DNA of 53,212 nucleotides, taken from NCBI GenBank assembly GCA_046726415.1, contig JBKPAK010000214.1, positions 1 to 53,212 of the forward strand, read 5' to 3'. Every line of letters begins with the position of its first letter. Positions within the stretch are counted from its first letter, which is position 1. The notes beneath the pieces were generated by a model. It did no database searches and was not told the origin of the DNA. It saw only the letters and a list, made by a program, of their open reading frames with translations. The DNA is from Candidatus Methylomirabilota bacterium (lineage in GTDB: Bacteria; Methylomirabilota; Methylomirabilia; Rokubacteriales; CSP1-6). The translations under genes and the position numbers were made by a program. This document shows, one piece after another, positions 29,093 through 39,571 of the stretch.

Positions 29093-29857
29093 CTACAGGG
29101 CGATCGACAGCCCCGCGTCCACCGTCAGCACCTGGCCCGTGATGTAGGACGCGGCGTCGGAAGCCAAGAAGATGGCGGCTCCCACGAGCTCGTCGGGCCG
29201 GCCGAAGCGCCGAAGCGGGATGCGGCGCGCCAGCTCGACGAACCGCGGCTGGGCGAAGAACGCGGCGTTCACGTCGGTCAAGAAGAACCCGGGCGCGATC
29301 GCATTGGCGGCGATCCCCTTCTCGCCGAGCTCGACGGCCAGCGCGCGCATCAGCGCCTCGAGCCCGCCTTTCGACGAGACGTAGGCCGGGTCACCCTGGA
29401 ACGATTGCGCGCCCACCATCGAGCTGATGAAGACGAGTCTTCCCTGACCCCGCGCCGCCATGTGCCGCGCGGCCACCCGGGAAAGCTCGTACTGCGCCAC
29501 CAGATTCGTCTCGATCAGGCGGCGGAAGTCCGCGGCCGCAATATCTTGGAGTCGCCGGCGATCGCGCACGGCCGCGTTGTTGACGAGGCAATCGAGGCGG
29601 CCGTGCCACCCCACGATGTCGTCGATGGTTGCCGCCGCGCTTCTCAGGTCGGTGATGTCGAAGGGGGCGGGAAAGGCGTTCGGAATGCTCTTCGCGATCT
29701 CCCGGGCCCGCTCCGCGTCGCGGCCGTTGATCGCGACCACGGCGCCGGCCGCCGCCATGCCCCGCGCGATCTCGAGTCCCAGTCCCCGCGTCGCGCCGGT
29801 GACCAGCGCAATGCGCCCGAACAGCGAGAAGCGTTCGAGCCCCGACGTTTTCTCCAT
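29093..29857 (-). CDS. SDR family oxidoreductase (gluconate 5-dehydrogenase-like)
   Basis: ALVTGATRGLG, LVNNAA, YVSSK, NAIAPG. Confidence 0.92.
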   Translation of the reverse strand: MEKTSGLERFSLFGRIALVTGATRGLGLEIARGMAAAGAVVAINGRDAERAREIAKSIPNAFPAPFDITDLRSAAATIDDIVGWHGRLDCLVNNAAVRDRRRLQDIAAADFRRLIETNLVAQYELSRVAARHMAARGQGRLVFISSMVGAQSFQGDPAYVSSKGGLEALMRALAVELGEKGIAANAIAPGFFLTDVNAAFFAQPRFVELARRIPLRRFGRPDELVGAAIFLASDAASYITGQVLTVDAGLSIAL

Positions 29858-30023
29858 GCAGGTCATCCGCTCGGGCGCGTGATCCGGCGCTTGGGGCGCA
29901 GCGTCGGCCCCATGCGCGACGCCCAGGGTGGGGGTGGGGACCGTCTCATTGACAGGCGTCTTTTCGATTCCCGACAATAGACCACTTTTCCCAGGGCTGA
30001 AAGCCGTGAAGCAAGGAGGCCCG

Positions 30024-31343
30024 ATGGTGGTCACCACCGCCCGCAAGGACTTCCCGGTGTTCGACTGCGATAGCCACGTCGTCGAGCCGCCGTCGGTGTG
30101 GGACGAGTACGTGCCGGTCAAGAGCCGCGCCTGGATCAAGACCCAGTTCTGCTTCCACACCGACAGCGATCTTTTGTACATCAACGGGCGGGTGGTCCCC
30201 GCCGCCCGTGAGCGCTCGAACGCCGCCGAGGTGGGCTGGGCGCGCTGGGATAAGAAGGAGGTGGGCAAGCTCACCCCAGGCACTGCCGCATGGCAGGAGA
30301 GGTTCGGGCGCCTGCTCGGCTGCCGCGACCCAAAGGCCCGGCTCGACGACATGGACGCGCTGGGCACCGATCAGGTGATGCTGTTCCCCACGTGGTTCGT
30401 GCGCCTGGCGCTGGTGCGCAGCGCCGAGGCGGCCACGGTGCTGGCTCAGGCCTACAACAACTGGGTGCTCGACTATTGCGCCGCCGATAAGCGGCGGCTG
30501 TTTCCCTGCGCCGTGCTGCCCTTGCAGAGCGTCGAGGCGTCGATCGCGGAGCTGCAGCGGGTCGCGGGACTGGGCTTCAAGGCGGCGGCGGTGCGCCCCT
30601 GCTTCTGGAACGGCCGCTATCCCACCCTCCCCGAGTTCGACTCGCTGTGGCGCGAGTTCGAGGCCACGGGCGTGGTGCTCGCCATGCACACCTTCCCCTC
30701 GCGCGAGGCGCTGACCCCCGAATGGGGCCAGCGCATGTCCCAGGCGCGCGGCCATTCGGGGCAGGGACTGTTGTTCACCGACGAAGCGGTTGTCTACTCG
30801 CCTGGCCAGTTCGTCTCCAACATCACCGCGGCCATGGACCCGGCCATCGACGCCTCCGAGACGCTGGGCTTCCTGATGGAGGCGATGACCTGGGTGACGG
30901 TGGTCGTGCAGACCGGCTGGCTGGAGAAGTTTCCCACGCTCAAGGCGGCGGTGCTGGAGTCCAACGCCTCGTGGCTCCCCCTGATCCTGGCACGGAGTTC
31001 GAACTTCTCGAACCTGTTCGCCTTCCAGCGCGACAACCGGCTCATCCGCGATCCGGTCGAGGTGTTCAACGCGCGATGCTTCATCGGCTTCGAGTCGGAC
31101 GAGACGCTCGTCTATCGCCTGTGGGACGTGTTCCAGGACGTCGCCATCTGGTCCTCGGACTATCCGCACCACGACGCCGAGGACGCCTGGGACGGCCTGC
31201 ACCACATGGCCGAGTTCAACGTGCCGGCCAAGGCACAGCAGAAGCTGATGGGCGAGAATGCGCGCCGGCTCTACGGCATCGAGCCGCTGATGGTGGTGAA
31301 AGATCGGATCGAGGCGTACGAACCCGCGATCCTGCCCTGGTAG
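30024..31343 (+). CDS. Amidohydrolase family protein (Amidohydro_2)
   Basis: FDCDSHVVEP, AYNNW, LAMH, LESNASW, WSSDYPH; RBS AAGGAGG. Confidence 0.9.
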   Translation: MVVTTARKDFPVFDCDSHVVEPPSVWDEYVPVKSRAWIKTQFCFHTDSDLLYINGRVVPAARERSNAAEVGWARWDKKEVGKLTPGTAAWQERFGRLLGCRDPKARLDDMDALGTDQVMLFPTWFVRLALVRSAEAATVLAQAYNNWVLDYCAADKRRLFPCAVLPLQSVEASIAELQRVAGLGFKAAAVRPCFWNGRYPTLPEFDSLWREFEATGVVLAMHTFPSREALTPEWGQRMSQARGHSGQGLLFTDEAVVYSPGQFVSNITAAMDPAIDASETLGFLMEAMTWVTVVVQTGWLEKFPTLKAAVLESNASWLPLILARSSNFSNLFAFQRDNRLIRDPVEVFNARCFIGFESDETLVYRLWDVFQDVAIWSSDYPHHDAEDAWDGLHHMAEFNVPAKAQQKLMGENARRLYGIEPLMVVKDRIEAYEPAILPW

Positions 31344-31353
31344 GCGCCCCGCG

Positions 31354-32103
31354 ATGCCTGCTCGGATGATCGACGGTACTGAGGATGGGGTGTTGATCGG
31401 CATCGAGTTCACGACGTTCTCGCTCATCGGCCGATGTGAGCACACCGGCATGTTCGGGATCGCCATCGCGACCAGCGAAATGGCCGTCGGCTCACGGTGC
31501 ATTCACGTGGCTCCGGGGGTGGGCGCCGTCGTGACCCAGGCCAGCACCAATCCGCGTCTCGGCCATCTCGGTTTGAATCTCCTGCGCGCCGGGTACTCGG
31601 CGCCGCGCGCCTTGGAGGAGATCGCGGCGACCGACCAGTTCGTCGAACGCCGGCAGCTCGGATGTCTGGACGTGAGTGGTCTGGCCGCCGCGCGCACGGG
31701 CGCCGGGAACAAGCCGTGGGCGGGCCATCGCGCCGACCGGAACGTGGTTGTCGCGGCCAACGCGGTCCTGGGGGCGGAGGTCGCGGACGCCATGTACGAC
31801 GTGTTCCAGCGAGGGGCTGACCTCGCGCTCTGGGAGCGACTTCTGCGATCCCTCGAGGCGGGCAAGGCGGCCGGAGGCCAACCGAACGGCGAAGTCTCCA
31901 GCGGGCTCTTCGTCGTGGACCGCGAGCCGTTTGCCATGGTCGATCTCCGCGTCGATCTGCATCCCGAGCCCGTCGCCGAGCTCCGCCGGCTGGCCGACGC
32001 CTACTTCCCGCTCGTCCCCTACTACAACCTGCGCCCGCGCGATCCGAACGTGCCGTCAGCCGCGGAGTGGCTCACCGCCGAGCGCCGACGGGGCGGTGAC
32101 TAA
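31354..32103 (+). CDS. DUF1028 family (Ntn-hydrolase-like) protein (start uncertain)
   Basis: TFSLIGRC...GIAIAT...AVGSR, GAVVTQA, RQLG, DLRVDLHPEPVAELRRL. Confidence 0.85.
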   Translation: MPARMIDGTEDGVLIGIEFTTFSLIGRCEHTGMFGIAIATSEMAVGSRCIHVAPGVGAVVTQASTNPRLGHLGLNLLRAGYSAPRALEEIAATDQFVERRQLGCLDVSGLAAARTGAGNKPWAGHRADRNVVVAANAVLGAEVADAMYDVFQRGADLALWERLLRSLEAGKAAGGQPNGEVSSGLFVVDREPFAMVDLRVDLHPEPVAELRRLADAYFPLVPYYNLRPRDPNVPSAAEWLTAERRRGGD

Positions 32104-32207
32104 ATGAGCATCTCGGTGAACCATCGCGCGAAGTCGGAAAGGCTAGAGCGCGACAGGCGCCCACGTCGAACGCGAGTCGACCATCGTCGCGGCCGCGCCG
32201 ACGGGCC

Positions 32208-33302
32208 TCAGTCGCTGACGTCGACGATGGCGATTACCGGGCCGCCGCCGTGCGGCCCCTGGTGCATGGCATCGACCGAGACGAACACCGCCGGATCGCC
32301 GATGGCCGTCGCCGCCACAGCGCCCACCGCCGCCTTGGAGTGGCGGTGATGGTGGACATCCGAGTCATCGAGCATGATCTGCCGGCGGCTCCGCAGCTTG
32401 CCGCGGTGGTCGGCCTCGCACTTGATGAAGCAGTTCACCACGCGTCCCTGAAGGTCTTCTGCGCGGGCCCGGTCCGGCAGTTCGAGCCCGGCATTGCGGA
32501 TGGCCCCGTAGATCCCGTCGATGTCGAGCGCGTCCTTCATGACGCCATGGCCGATGCGGTAGCGGCCGCCCGCGCCGGCGCGGTTGCCCATGAGGACGAT
32601 CTGTGCCTGGGTCAGCTCTACGCCGGAGGAGCACGACGCGACTGACGAGTAGAGTTCGAGGTCCCTGCAGATCTGCTCGGCCCGCGGCATCGGGAGCTCG
32701 CCCAGGGCCACCCCGATGCCGAGGGCGGTGGTGCCGTTGGAGACGCCCATCGAGTCGTGGACCTCGCAGGCGACGGTCTGGCCGCGGCGCTTGGCGTCCT
32801 CCACCCAGTCGATCGTGAGCAGCGGCGTCTTCGTCTGCACGTAGTGCACGTCCTTCGGGTCCTCGATGCCGGCGTTCTTCATCGCCGCCCGCACCCCTTC
32901 CGCGACGATCTCCACCATGCGCGGTCGGCCGATGTCCTCGGGCCTGAGCTCCGCACTCATGGCGGCACCGATCACTAGGCGCGACTTGGTGGCCGGGCCC
33001 GTCCGGGTGTTCCGGGCGAACACGGTGGCGTGAGGCGTGATGACGCCGTCGCAGCCCCCGGACCACACCATGGGGATTGCCGCGACCTCTGCCTCGCTGC
33101 GCTTGCCGTACTTGAGCAGCACCCGCCGGAAGGCCTGGTCGGCGAGAAGGCGGGTGAAGTCGTTGACGCCTCCGTTCCCTTCGGTCTTCCCGATCACCGC
33201 CACCACCTCGTCGGCAGTGATCTGGCCCGCGCGAAGGCGCTCCTCGAGCCCGGAGGCGTCCTGGACGCTCTTCAGCTCGACCTTTGCCACTTCGACAGCC
33301 AT
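32208..33302 (-). CDS. Ring-opening amidohydrolase of the AtzD/barbiturase family, barbiturase-like
   Basis: [56 protein letters not shown]. Confidence 0.92.
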   Translation of the reverse strand: MAVEVAKVELKSVQDASGLEERLRAGQITADEVVAVIGKTEGNGGVNDFTRLLADQAFRRVLLKYGKRSEAEVAAIPMVWSGGCDGVITPHATVFARNTRTGPATKSRLVIGAAMSAELRPEDIGRPRMVEIVAEGVRAAMKNAGIEDPKDVHYVQTKTPLLTIDWVEDAKRRGQTVACEVHDSMGVSNGTTALGIGVALGELPMPRAEQICRDLELYSSVASCSSGVELTQAQIVLMGNRAGAGGRYRIGHGVMKDALDIDGIYGAIRNAGLELPDRARAEDLQGRVVNCFIKCEADHRGKLRSRRQIMLDDSDVHHHRHSKAAVGAVAATAIGDPAVFVSVDAMHQGPHGGGPVIAIVDVSD

Positions 33303-33451
33303 CGGCGTCTCCTTGACTTGAGGATGGATTCGATGGTCTCTGCGTTCCGCCCGCCGCACCTCTGTCGGTGAGGGTACGTCAACATCTCGGCGCGAAGGGC
33401 AGCTTCTTCGCGGGGAGAATACTTCTCAGCGAGTTGAGCTAAATTAGGGCC

Positions 33452-34081
33452 ATGAGCCCACGCGACCACGACGACCATGACCACGGCTCGGAGCTCTCGG
33501 AGCCCGAGCTTCGGGTGCGAGCCCTCGAGACGATCCTCACCGAGAAGGGCTATGTCGATCCGGGCGTGCTCGACCTCATTGTCGAACACTACGAGACCAA
33601 GACCGGTCCCCACATCGGGGCCCGGGTGATCGCCAAGGCGTGGGTCGATCCCCAGTTCAAGGCCGCGCTGCTCGCGGATGCGAGCAAGGCGATCACCGCG
33701 CTTGGCCTCCCCAGCGGCGTGGGCGACCACCTCATTGCGGTAGAGAACACTCCCGGGCTGCACAACATGGTCGTCTGCACGCTGTGCTCCTGCTACCCGT
33801 GGGACGTCCTCGGCCTCCCCCCGGTCTGGTACAAGTCGGCGCCTTACCGCTCCCGGGCCGTCATGGACCCGCGCGGCGTGCTCGCCGACTTCGGGGTCAC
33901 GCTGCCGGCGGATACCGAGATCCGCGTGTGGGACTCCACCGCCGAGACCCGCTTCATCGTGCTGCCTTCGCGCCCGGCCGGCACCGAGGCCTGGAACGAG
34001 GAGCGGCTCGCCTCCTTGGTGACTCGCGACTGCATGATCGGCACCGGCCTGCCCAGACGGCCCGAGGAGACCTCGGCATGA
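33452..34081 (+). CDS. nthA: Cobalt-type nitrile hydratase alpha subunit
   Basis: [10 protein letters not shown] (Thr/Tyr is the Co-type signature), [10 protein letters not shown], His/Asp-rich N-terminus. Confidence 0.97.
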   Translation: MSPRDHDDHDHGSELSEPELRVRALETILTEKGYVDPGVLDLIVEHYETKTGPHIGARVIAKAWVDPQFKAALLADASKAITALGLPSGVGDHLIAVENTPGLHNMVVCTLCSCYPWDVLGLPPVWYKSAPYRSRAVMDPRGVLADFGVTLPADTEIRVWDSTAETRFIVLPSRPAGTEAWNEERLASLVTRDCMIGTGLPRRPEETSA

Positions 34082-34734
34082 ACGGCGTGCACGACATGGG
34101 CGGCCTGCACGGATTTGGAAAGGTCGAGGCAGAGCCGAACGAACCCCCGTTCCATGCCGCCTGGGAGGGGCGCGTGCTGGCGATGCAGCGCGCCCTCAGG
34201 GCCACTGGCGCCTGGAACATCGACATGTCGCGGGATGCCCAGGAGCGAGTGCCGGCCCCGGTCTACCTCTCGGTGTCCTACTACCACCGATGGGCCCTAG
34301 GGATCGAGCGCAATGCGCTCGATCACGGGCTGGTCGGTGCCGACGAGATCGCGGTCGGCCATGCGCTCCGTCCCGGCAAGCCCCCGAAAGGGGTCCTGAC
34401 GAAGGACGAGATCGGCGCAGCATTCACGCGCGGCTCGTTCGGCCGCCCGGCGAGCCGAGAGGCGCGGTTCGAGGCGGGCGACCAGGTACGCGCGAAGAAT
34501 ATCAATCCGCCTGGCCACACCCGCCTGCCACGCTACGCGCGTGGCCGCGTCGGGCTCGTGGAGGCAGTGCGCGGGTGCCATGTGTTCCCGGACTCCGCCG
34601 CGAAGGGCGCCGGCGAGAATCCACAATGGCTGTACACCGTGGTGTTCGAGGGTCGCGAGCTCTGGGGCGAGAACGCCGACCCGAACCTGAAGGTCTCGGT
34701 GGAGGCGTTCGAGCCGTATCTGGAGCCGGCCTGA
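34078..34734 (+). CDS. nthB: Nitrile hydratase beta subunit
   Basis: [37 protein letters not shown] overlap with nthA. Confidence 0.96.
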   Translation: MNGVHDMGGLHGFGKVEAEPNEPPFHAAWEGRVLAMQRALRATGAWNIDMSRDAQERVPAPVYLSVSYYHRWALGIERNALDHGLVGADEIAVGHALRPGKPPKGVLTKDEIGAAFTRGSFGRPASREARFEAGDQVRAKNINPPGHTRLPRYARGRVGLVEAVRGCHVFPDSAAKGAGENPQWLYTVVFEGRELWGENADPNLKVSVEAFEPYLEPA

Positions 34735-34735
34735 C

Positions 34736-35119
34736 ATGACGGTCGATCCGGCCGCGATCCGCCGGGCCGCCGACGCCGTGCCCGGCGTCCCGCGTGACGT
34801 GGAGGGCCCGGTGTTCCGGGAGCCGTGGGAGGCGCAGGCATTCTCCATGGCGCTGGCCCTCCATCAACGCGGGCTCTTCACCTGGACCGAATGGGCGGCG
34901 ACGTTGGCGGGCGAGATCAAGCGGGCGCAGGCCGCCGGCGATCCGGATACCGGCGAAACCTACTATCGGCACTGGCTCGCCGCCCTCGAACGCCTCGTGG
35001 CGGACAAGGGAATCGCGAGCCGGGACACCCTCGCGCGCTACCGCGAAGCCTGGGACCGCGCCGCCGACCGCACGCCGCACGGCACACCGATCCAGCTGTT
35101 GCCGGACGATTTTGCCTGA
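34736..35119 (+). CDS. Nitrile hydratase accessory (activator, P14K-like) protein
   Basis: PVFREPWEAQAF, FTWTEWA, YYRHWLAALE, TPHGTPI. Confidence 0.93.
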   Translation: MTVDPAAIRRAADAVPGVPRDVEGPVFREPWEAQAFSMALALHQRGLFTWTEWAATLAGEIKRAQAAGDPDTGETYYRHWLAALERLVADKGIASRDTLARYREAWDRAADRTPHGTPIQLLPDDFA

Positions 35120-35163
35120 GTCACTGGATCTCGACGTCGCGGGCTCATCACGAGGACAATTCC

Positions 35164-36810
35164 ATGGCCACTGAACTCCACGACCTCTCGATTGCCGAGC
35201 TCTCGGCCCTCATCGCCGCGCGGAAGCTGTCGCCCCTGGAACTGGTGGAGGCGCTCATCCGGCGGGTCGAGCAGTACGATGAACAGACGCATGCGTTCAT
35301 CACGCCCACGTTCGATCTGGCTCGGCGGCAGGCGCGGCAGGCCGAGACCGAGATCGCGAGCGGCACCTATCGGGGCGCGCTGCACGGCATCCCCTTTGCG
35401 CTCAAGGACATCTACGACACGAAGGGCATCCTCACCTCGGGCCACTCGCGCGTCTTCATCGACCGGATTCCCCGCGAGGATGCCACGGCGACGACCAGAC
35501 TGTACGGCGCTGGGGCCGCGATGCTCGGGAAACTGGCCACGCACGAGATGGCGCATGCCGGGCCATCGTTCGACCTGCCCTGGCCTCCTGCGCGCAACCC
35601 GTGGAACCTCGCGCACTTCACGGGAGGCTCCTCGTCGGGATCGGGCGCGGCGGTGGCGGCCGGCATGGTCCCATTGGCCCTCGGCTCCGACACCGGTGGA
35701 TCGATCCGGGGCCCGGCGTCGCTCTGCGGCGTGGTCGGTCTCATGCCGACGTTCGGCCTGGTGAGCCGCGCAGGGGTGATGACCAACTCGTACACGTTCG
35801 ACCACTGCGGGCCGCTGGCTCGGACCGTCGAGGACTGCGCCATCGCGCTGGAGGCCTTGGCCGGCTACGACCCGAAGGATGCCGGGAGTCTGAGGCGGTC
35901 GATTCCCGCGTACCATCAGGCGCCCAGGCGGGATCTGCATGGGCTCAGGATCGGGGTGCTGCGGCACCACTGGGAGGACGACATCCCGGCGTCCGAGGAT
36001 GTCCGCAACGCCATGGAAGCCGCGCTCGACGTCTTGCGCGGGCTCGGCGCTGAGCTCGAGGAATGCCGCGTGCGGCCGCTGGCCAGCTACTTCGACGTCA
36101 AGATCATCATCGCCGAGACCGAGATCTTCAGCGTCCACCACAAGGATCTGATCGCCCGGCCCAAGGACTTCGGCGCCGACTTTCGCTCTCGAGCCCTTCC
36201 CTCCGTGCTCTTCACGGCGAACGACTACGTCCAGGCCACGCGCGAGCATCGCCGGATGATGGTGGAGATGGAACCCCTCTACGCGAGATTCGACGCCTTC
36301 GTCACGGCCAGCCTGGGCGAGGCCCCGCGGCTGGCCGACTATCGCAGCGTCTCGTTCTGGAAGGAGCCGAGCCTTCTCACGGCCTGGAACGTCACCGGCC
36401 AGCCCGTGCTGCAGCTTCCCAACGGCTTCGGGAGGAACGGCCTCCCGCTCGGCATGCAGATCATGGGCCGGCCATTTGGCGAGGAGACGATCCTGCGCGT
36501 CGGTCATGCCTACGAGCGGGCCACAGGGTGGCACACGAGGCGCCCCCCGCTCGTGCGCGGTGCGGCGGCTCCTGGCGTCGTACCTCCACCCGTGCTGTCG
36601 GCCCCCGTCGACCACGTCGAGGCCGAGACGCGTGATCTGTGCGTGAAGGCCGCCCGGCGCGCGGGGCTGGCGCTCGACGACCTGATGCTGGCCCAGCTCC
36701 TGGAGGGCGCGCCGTACGCGCTCGGCATGGTGCGGCGTCTTCGCCGCGACCACGATATGCACCACGAGCCCGCCAACGTCTTCAGCTTTCCGCCGTCCAG
36801 GCTCGGGTAA
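35164..36810 (+). CDS. Amidase signature protein with C-terminal AtzG/GatC-like extension
   Basis: GIPFALKD, GGSSSGS, GSDTGGSIRGPA; about 80-aa tail ending EPANVFSF. Confidence 0.92.
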   Translation: MATELHDLSIAELSALIAARKLSPLELVEALIRRVEQYDEQTHAFITPTFDLARRQARQAETEIASGTYRGALHGIPFALKDIYDTKGILTSGHSRVFIDRIPREDATATTRLYGAGAAMLGKLATHEMAHAGPSFDLPWPPARNPWNLAHFTGGSSSGSGAAVAAGMVPLALGSDTGGSIRGPASLCGVVGLMPTFGLVSRAGVMTNSYTFDHCGPLARTVEDCAIALEALAGYDPKDAGSLRRSIPAYHQAPRRDLHGLRIGVLRHHWEDDIPASEDVRNAMEAALDVLRGLGAELEECRVRPLASYFDVKIIIAETEIFSVHHKDLIARPKDFGADFRSRALPSVLFTANDYVQATREHRRMMVEMEPLYARFDAFVTASLGEAPRLADYRSVSFWKEPSLLTAWNVTGQPVLQLPNGFGRNGLPLGMQIMGRPFGEETILRVGHAYERATGWHTRRPPLVRGAAAPGVVPPPVLSAPVDHVEAETRDLCVKAARRAGLALDDLMLAQLLEGAPYALGMVRRLRRDHDMHHEPANVFSFPPSRLG

Positions 36811-36816
36811 CCCGGC

Positions 36817-37809
36817 ATGGCTGAGCTCCGGATCTCGCTGACCTGTGCCGACTACGCCCGAATCATGCCCCTCGCGACCGGCGAGGTACAGCCGGAGGGA
36901 ATCGCCCTCACGATGATCCTGGGCAGCCGGGGCTCGTGGCCGGCGCGGGCCGAGATGCTCCGTCGCGCCGTCCAGGACTCAGAGGTGCAGGGCGGTGAAT
37001 GGTCGATGGCCCAGTACCTGTACCGTATCGACAAGGGTGATCGCCGCTATGTCGGCCTCCCCGTGTTTCCGCTGCGCAACTTCACGGCGCGCGACCTGTA
37101 CGTCCGCCGAGGCGGCCCGATTCGGCAGGCCGCAGACCTCGCCGGCCAGCGCATCGGGATGTACAGCTACACCGCGAGCGGCTCCATCTGGTACCGCCAC
37201 TTCCTGCGCTTCGTCGGTCTGGATCCGGCCAAGATTCAGTGGTGGATCGGAGACATCGACACGCCCTGGTCAGCTCCGATGGACCAGACGCTCCCTTCCG
37301 GCGTGAAGGCGCCCGTTCCCGGGCGGTCGCTGTCGGACATGCTGATCGCCGGGGAGCTGGAGGCCATCTACAGTCCGCCGCGCCCTCACGACTACCATCC
37401 CGAGGCCGGCCCCATCGCTCGTCTGTTCCCCGACTTCCGCCAGATCGAGCGAGAGTACTTTCGCAAGACCGGCGCGTTTCCTCCGCGGCATCTGATCGTC
37501 ATCCGGCGCGAGGTCTGGGAGGTGAATCGGTGGATCGCCGAGAGCCTCACCGAAGCCTTCATCGCCGCCAACGATTGCTTTACCGCGGCCCAGAAGGGGT
37601 TTCCGTACGCCACACCGTGGTTGGAGGCCGAGCTCGAGGAGACGGTGGCGCTGATGGGCGAAGACTTCCACCCGTATGGACTCGAGCGAAACCGGGGGCA
37701 GATCGAGGCGTTTGCTGGCGAGGCCTTCCGGCTGGGTCTGACGAGCCGCCAGGTCACGCCCGAGGAGTATTTCGCGGACTACCTCCAGTCCAGGGGTGAG
37801 CGAAGATAG
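36817..37809 (+). CDS. 4,5-dihydroxyphthalate decarboxylase-like protein (periplasmic-binding-protein fold)
   Basis: LTCADYAR, EWSMAQY, LPVFPLRNF, MLIAGELEAI, DFHPYGL. Confidence 0.82.
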   Translation: MAELRISLTCADYARIMPLATGEVQPEGIALTMILGSRGSWPARAEMLRRAVQDSEVQGGEWSMAQYLYRIDKGDRRYVGLPVFPLRNFTARDLYVRRGGPIRQAADLAGQRIGMYSYTASGSIWYRHFLRFVGLDPAKIQWWIGDIDTPWSAPMDQTLPSGVKAPVPGRSLSDMLIAGELEAIYSPPRPHDYHPEAGPIARLFPDFRQIEREYFRKTGAFPPRHLIVIRREVWEVNRWIAESLTEAFIAANDCFTAAQKGFPYATPWLEAELEETVALMGEDFHPYGLERNRGQIEAFAGEAFRLGLTSRQVTPEEYFADYLQSRGERR

Positions 37810-37886
37810 GCCATGGTCTTCCACCACCGGAGAGCGACGATACCCGCGAGCTGATCGATCCTGGGCAGGAGCGCGAGGTTGAGCGG

Positions 37887-38921
37887 ATGACGACAGCGAA
37901 GCTACCGAAGCGCCTGGGCTTTTTTACGCGCCTGCTCGATCAGGCGGACCCCGCCGAGCGCTACCGGCTGGCGACCGAGCAGATCATCCACGCCGAACGC
38001 TGCGGCTTCGATACGGCCTGGGTCGCCCAGCACCATTTCCATGAAGACGAAGGCGGCCTTCCCGCGCCGTTTGTCTTCCTGGCGCAGGTCGCCGCCCAGA
38101 CATCGCGGATTCGCCTTGGGACGGGGATCGTGACCCTGCCGCTGGAACTGCCGATCCGGGTGGCCGAGGACGCCGCGGTGCTTGATTTGATGTCCGGCGG
38201 CCGCCTGGAAGTGGGCGTCGGGGGCGGGGGCAACCTCTCTGCATACGCCGCGTTCGGCCAGAACAGTGCCGAGCGCGGGACGCTCCTCGCCGAGCACCTT
38301 CAGGTGCTGCGCTCCGCCTGGGCCGGCCGGCCGCTTCCCGGAGGGGATCGGCTGTATCCGGCGAATCCGCATCTGGTCGAGCGCATCTGGCAGGCGACGT
38401 TCACGGTGGACGGGGCCAGGCGGGCTGGCGCGGCCGGCGACGGTCTGCTGCTGTCGCGCACGCAGCCACGGCCGGCCAACGCTCCCGATCTGTCGCTGGC
38501 CGAGATCCAGAACCCGATGATCGATGCCTATCTGGCGGCGCTGCCCGAGGGCCGCGAGCCGCGCATCCTCGCCTCGCGCACGGTGTTCGTGGCCGATGAC
38601 CGCAAGGATGCCCTGCGCTTCGCCGAGGCCGGGCTGGGGCGGCATCGCGCGCGCCTGGCCAAGTTGGGCCGCGCCACCGGTGATGGATCGCTGAGCGCAA
38701 TGATCGCCGCCCTCGACGTTCATCTCGGCACCTCAGGCAATGTGATCGCCTCGCTCCAGGCGGATAGCACGCTCGCCCGCGCCACCGACCTCGCGGTTCA
38801 GGTGCACTCGATCGATCCGCCGCATCCCTTCATCCTCAGATCGATCGAGGTGATCGCCGAGGTGGTGGCCCCCGCGCTCAGCTGGGGTGGAGATGCTGCG
38901 GGAGTCCGGCGCGTTGCCTGA
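37887..38921 (+). CDS. Luciferase-like (LLM class) flavin monooxygenase
   Basis: KRLGFFTRLLD, AWVAQHHF, RVAEDAAVLD, QVHSIDPPH. Confidence 0.9.
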   Translation: MTTAKLPKRLGFFTRLLDQADPAERYRLATEQIIHAERCGFDTAWVAQHHFHEDEGGLPAPFVFLAQVAAQTSRIRLGTGIVTLPLELPIRVAEDAAVLDLMSGGRLEVGVGGGGNLSAYAAFGQNSAERGTLLAEHLQVLRSAWAGRPLPGGDRLYPANPHLVERIWQATFTVDGARRAGAAGDGLLLSRTQPRPANAPDLSLAEIQNPMIDAYLAALPEGREPRILASRTVFVADDRKDALRFAEAGLGRHRARLAKLGRATGDGSLSAMIAALDVHLGTSGNVIASLQADSTLARATDLAVQVHSIDPPHPFILRSIEVIAEVVAPALSWGGDAAGVRRVA

Positions 38922-39555
38922 CCAGAACCACGGTGCAGGCGTTGGGTTTCCTAAGGGCACCGCAGATGCCGACGTCATTGATGCCCTGGTCGGGATTGCG
39001 CCAGGATCTCCCCTGGATGCGATCCGTGCCCGTCGGCCGGAGGCGCGCACCCATGCGCAGGCGACCTACCGCGCGTTGTTTGCTCCAGAAGGGCACGGCG
39101 GCGTCACGGCACACGAGCGCTTCGCGGTGGCCAGCTTCGTCGCTGGACTGCATGGCGGGGCGTCGATAGCGGCCTTCTACGCCGAGGGCCTTGCCGCCAG
39201 CGGAGCCTCGGCGGCGCTGCGTGAAGCAGTCGAGGCGGCCATCGCGGAAGCCGGGGCGCACGGGCCCTATGGCAGCTACCCGGCGGGTCCGCTGAGTCGC
39301 GAAGATATGGCCGGGCCAGCCTATCGCGTGGGGCCGGGCACCCGCCGCGCGCTAGGTCTGCGCCTCGCCGCGGCATTCGAGCACGTCCACCTGCTCGTCT
39401 TCCACCCGCGCGACGCCACGCCGGTCGCGCTCCAGGCGCTGCTGGACGCCGGCTGGTCCACGACCGACGTCGTGACGCTCTCCCAGATCGTCGCCTTCCT
39501 GTCCTTCCAGATCCGGGTGGTTGCCGGATTGCTCGCCATTGCTGGGCGCCCCTGA
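38914..39555 (+). CDS. CMD-domain protein (start uncertain)
   Basis: DVIDALVG, ERFAVA, GPYGSYP, HLLVFHPRDA, VTLSQIVAFLSFQIR. Confidence 0.82.
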   Translation: MPDQNHGAGVGFPKGTADADVIDALVGIAPGSPLDAIRARRPEARTHAQATYRALFAPEGHGGVTAHERFAVASFVAGLHGGASIAAFYAEGLAASGASAALREAVEAAIAEAGAHGPYGSYPAGPLSREDMAGPAYRVGPGTRRALGLRLAAAFEHVHLLVFHPRDATPVALQALLDAGWSTTDVVTLSQIVAFLSFQIRVVAGLLAIAGRP

Positions 39556-39571
39556 CCCCCGAGGTCCCGAC

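Noticed and set aside
32208-33302. Naming the gene atzD (cyanuric acid hydrolase)
   Set aside because: Diagnostic motifs are barbiturase-like; substrate cannot be fixed from sequence
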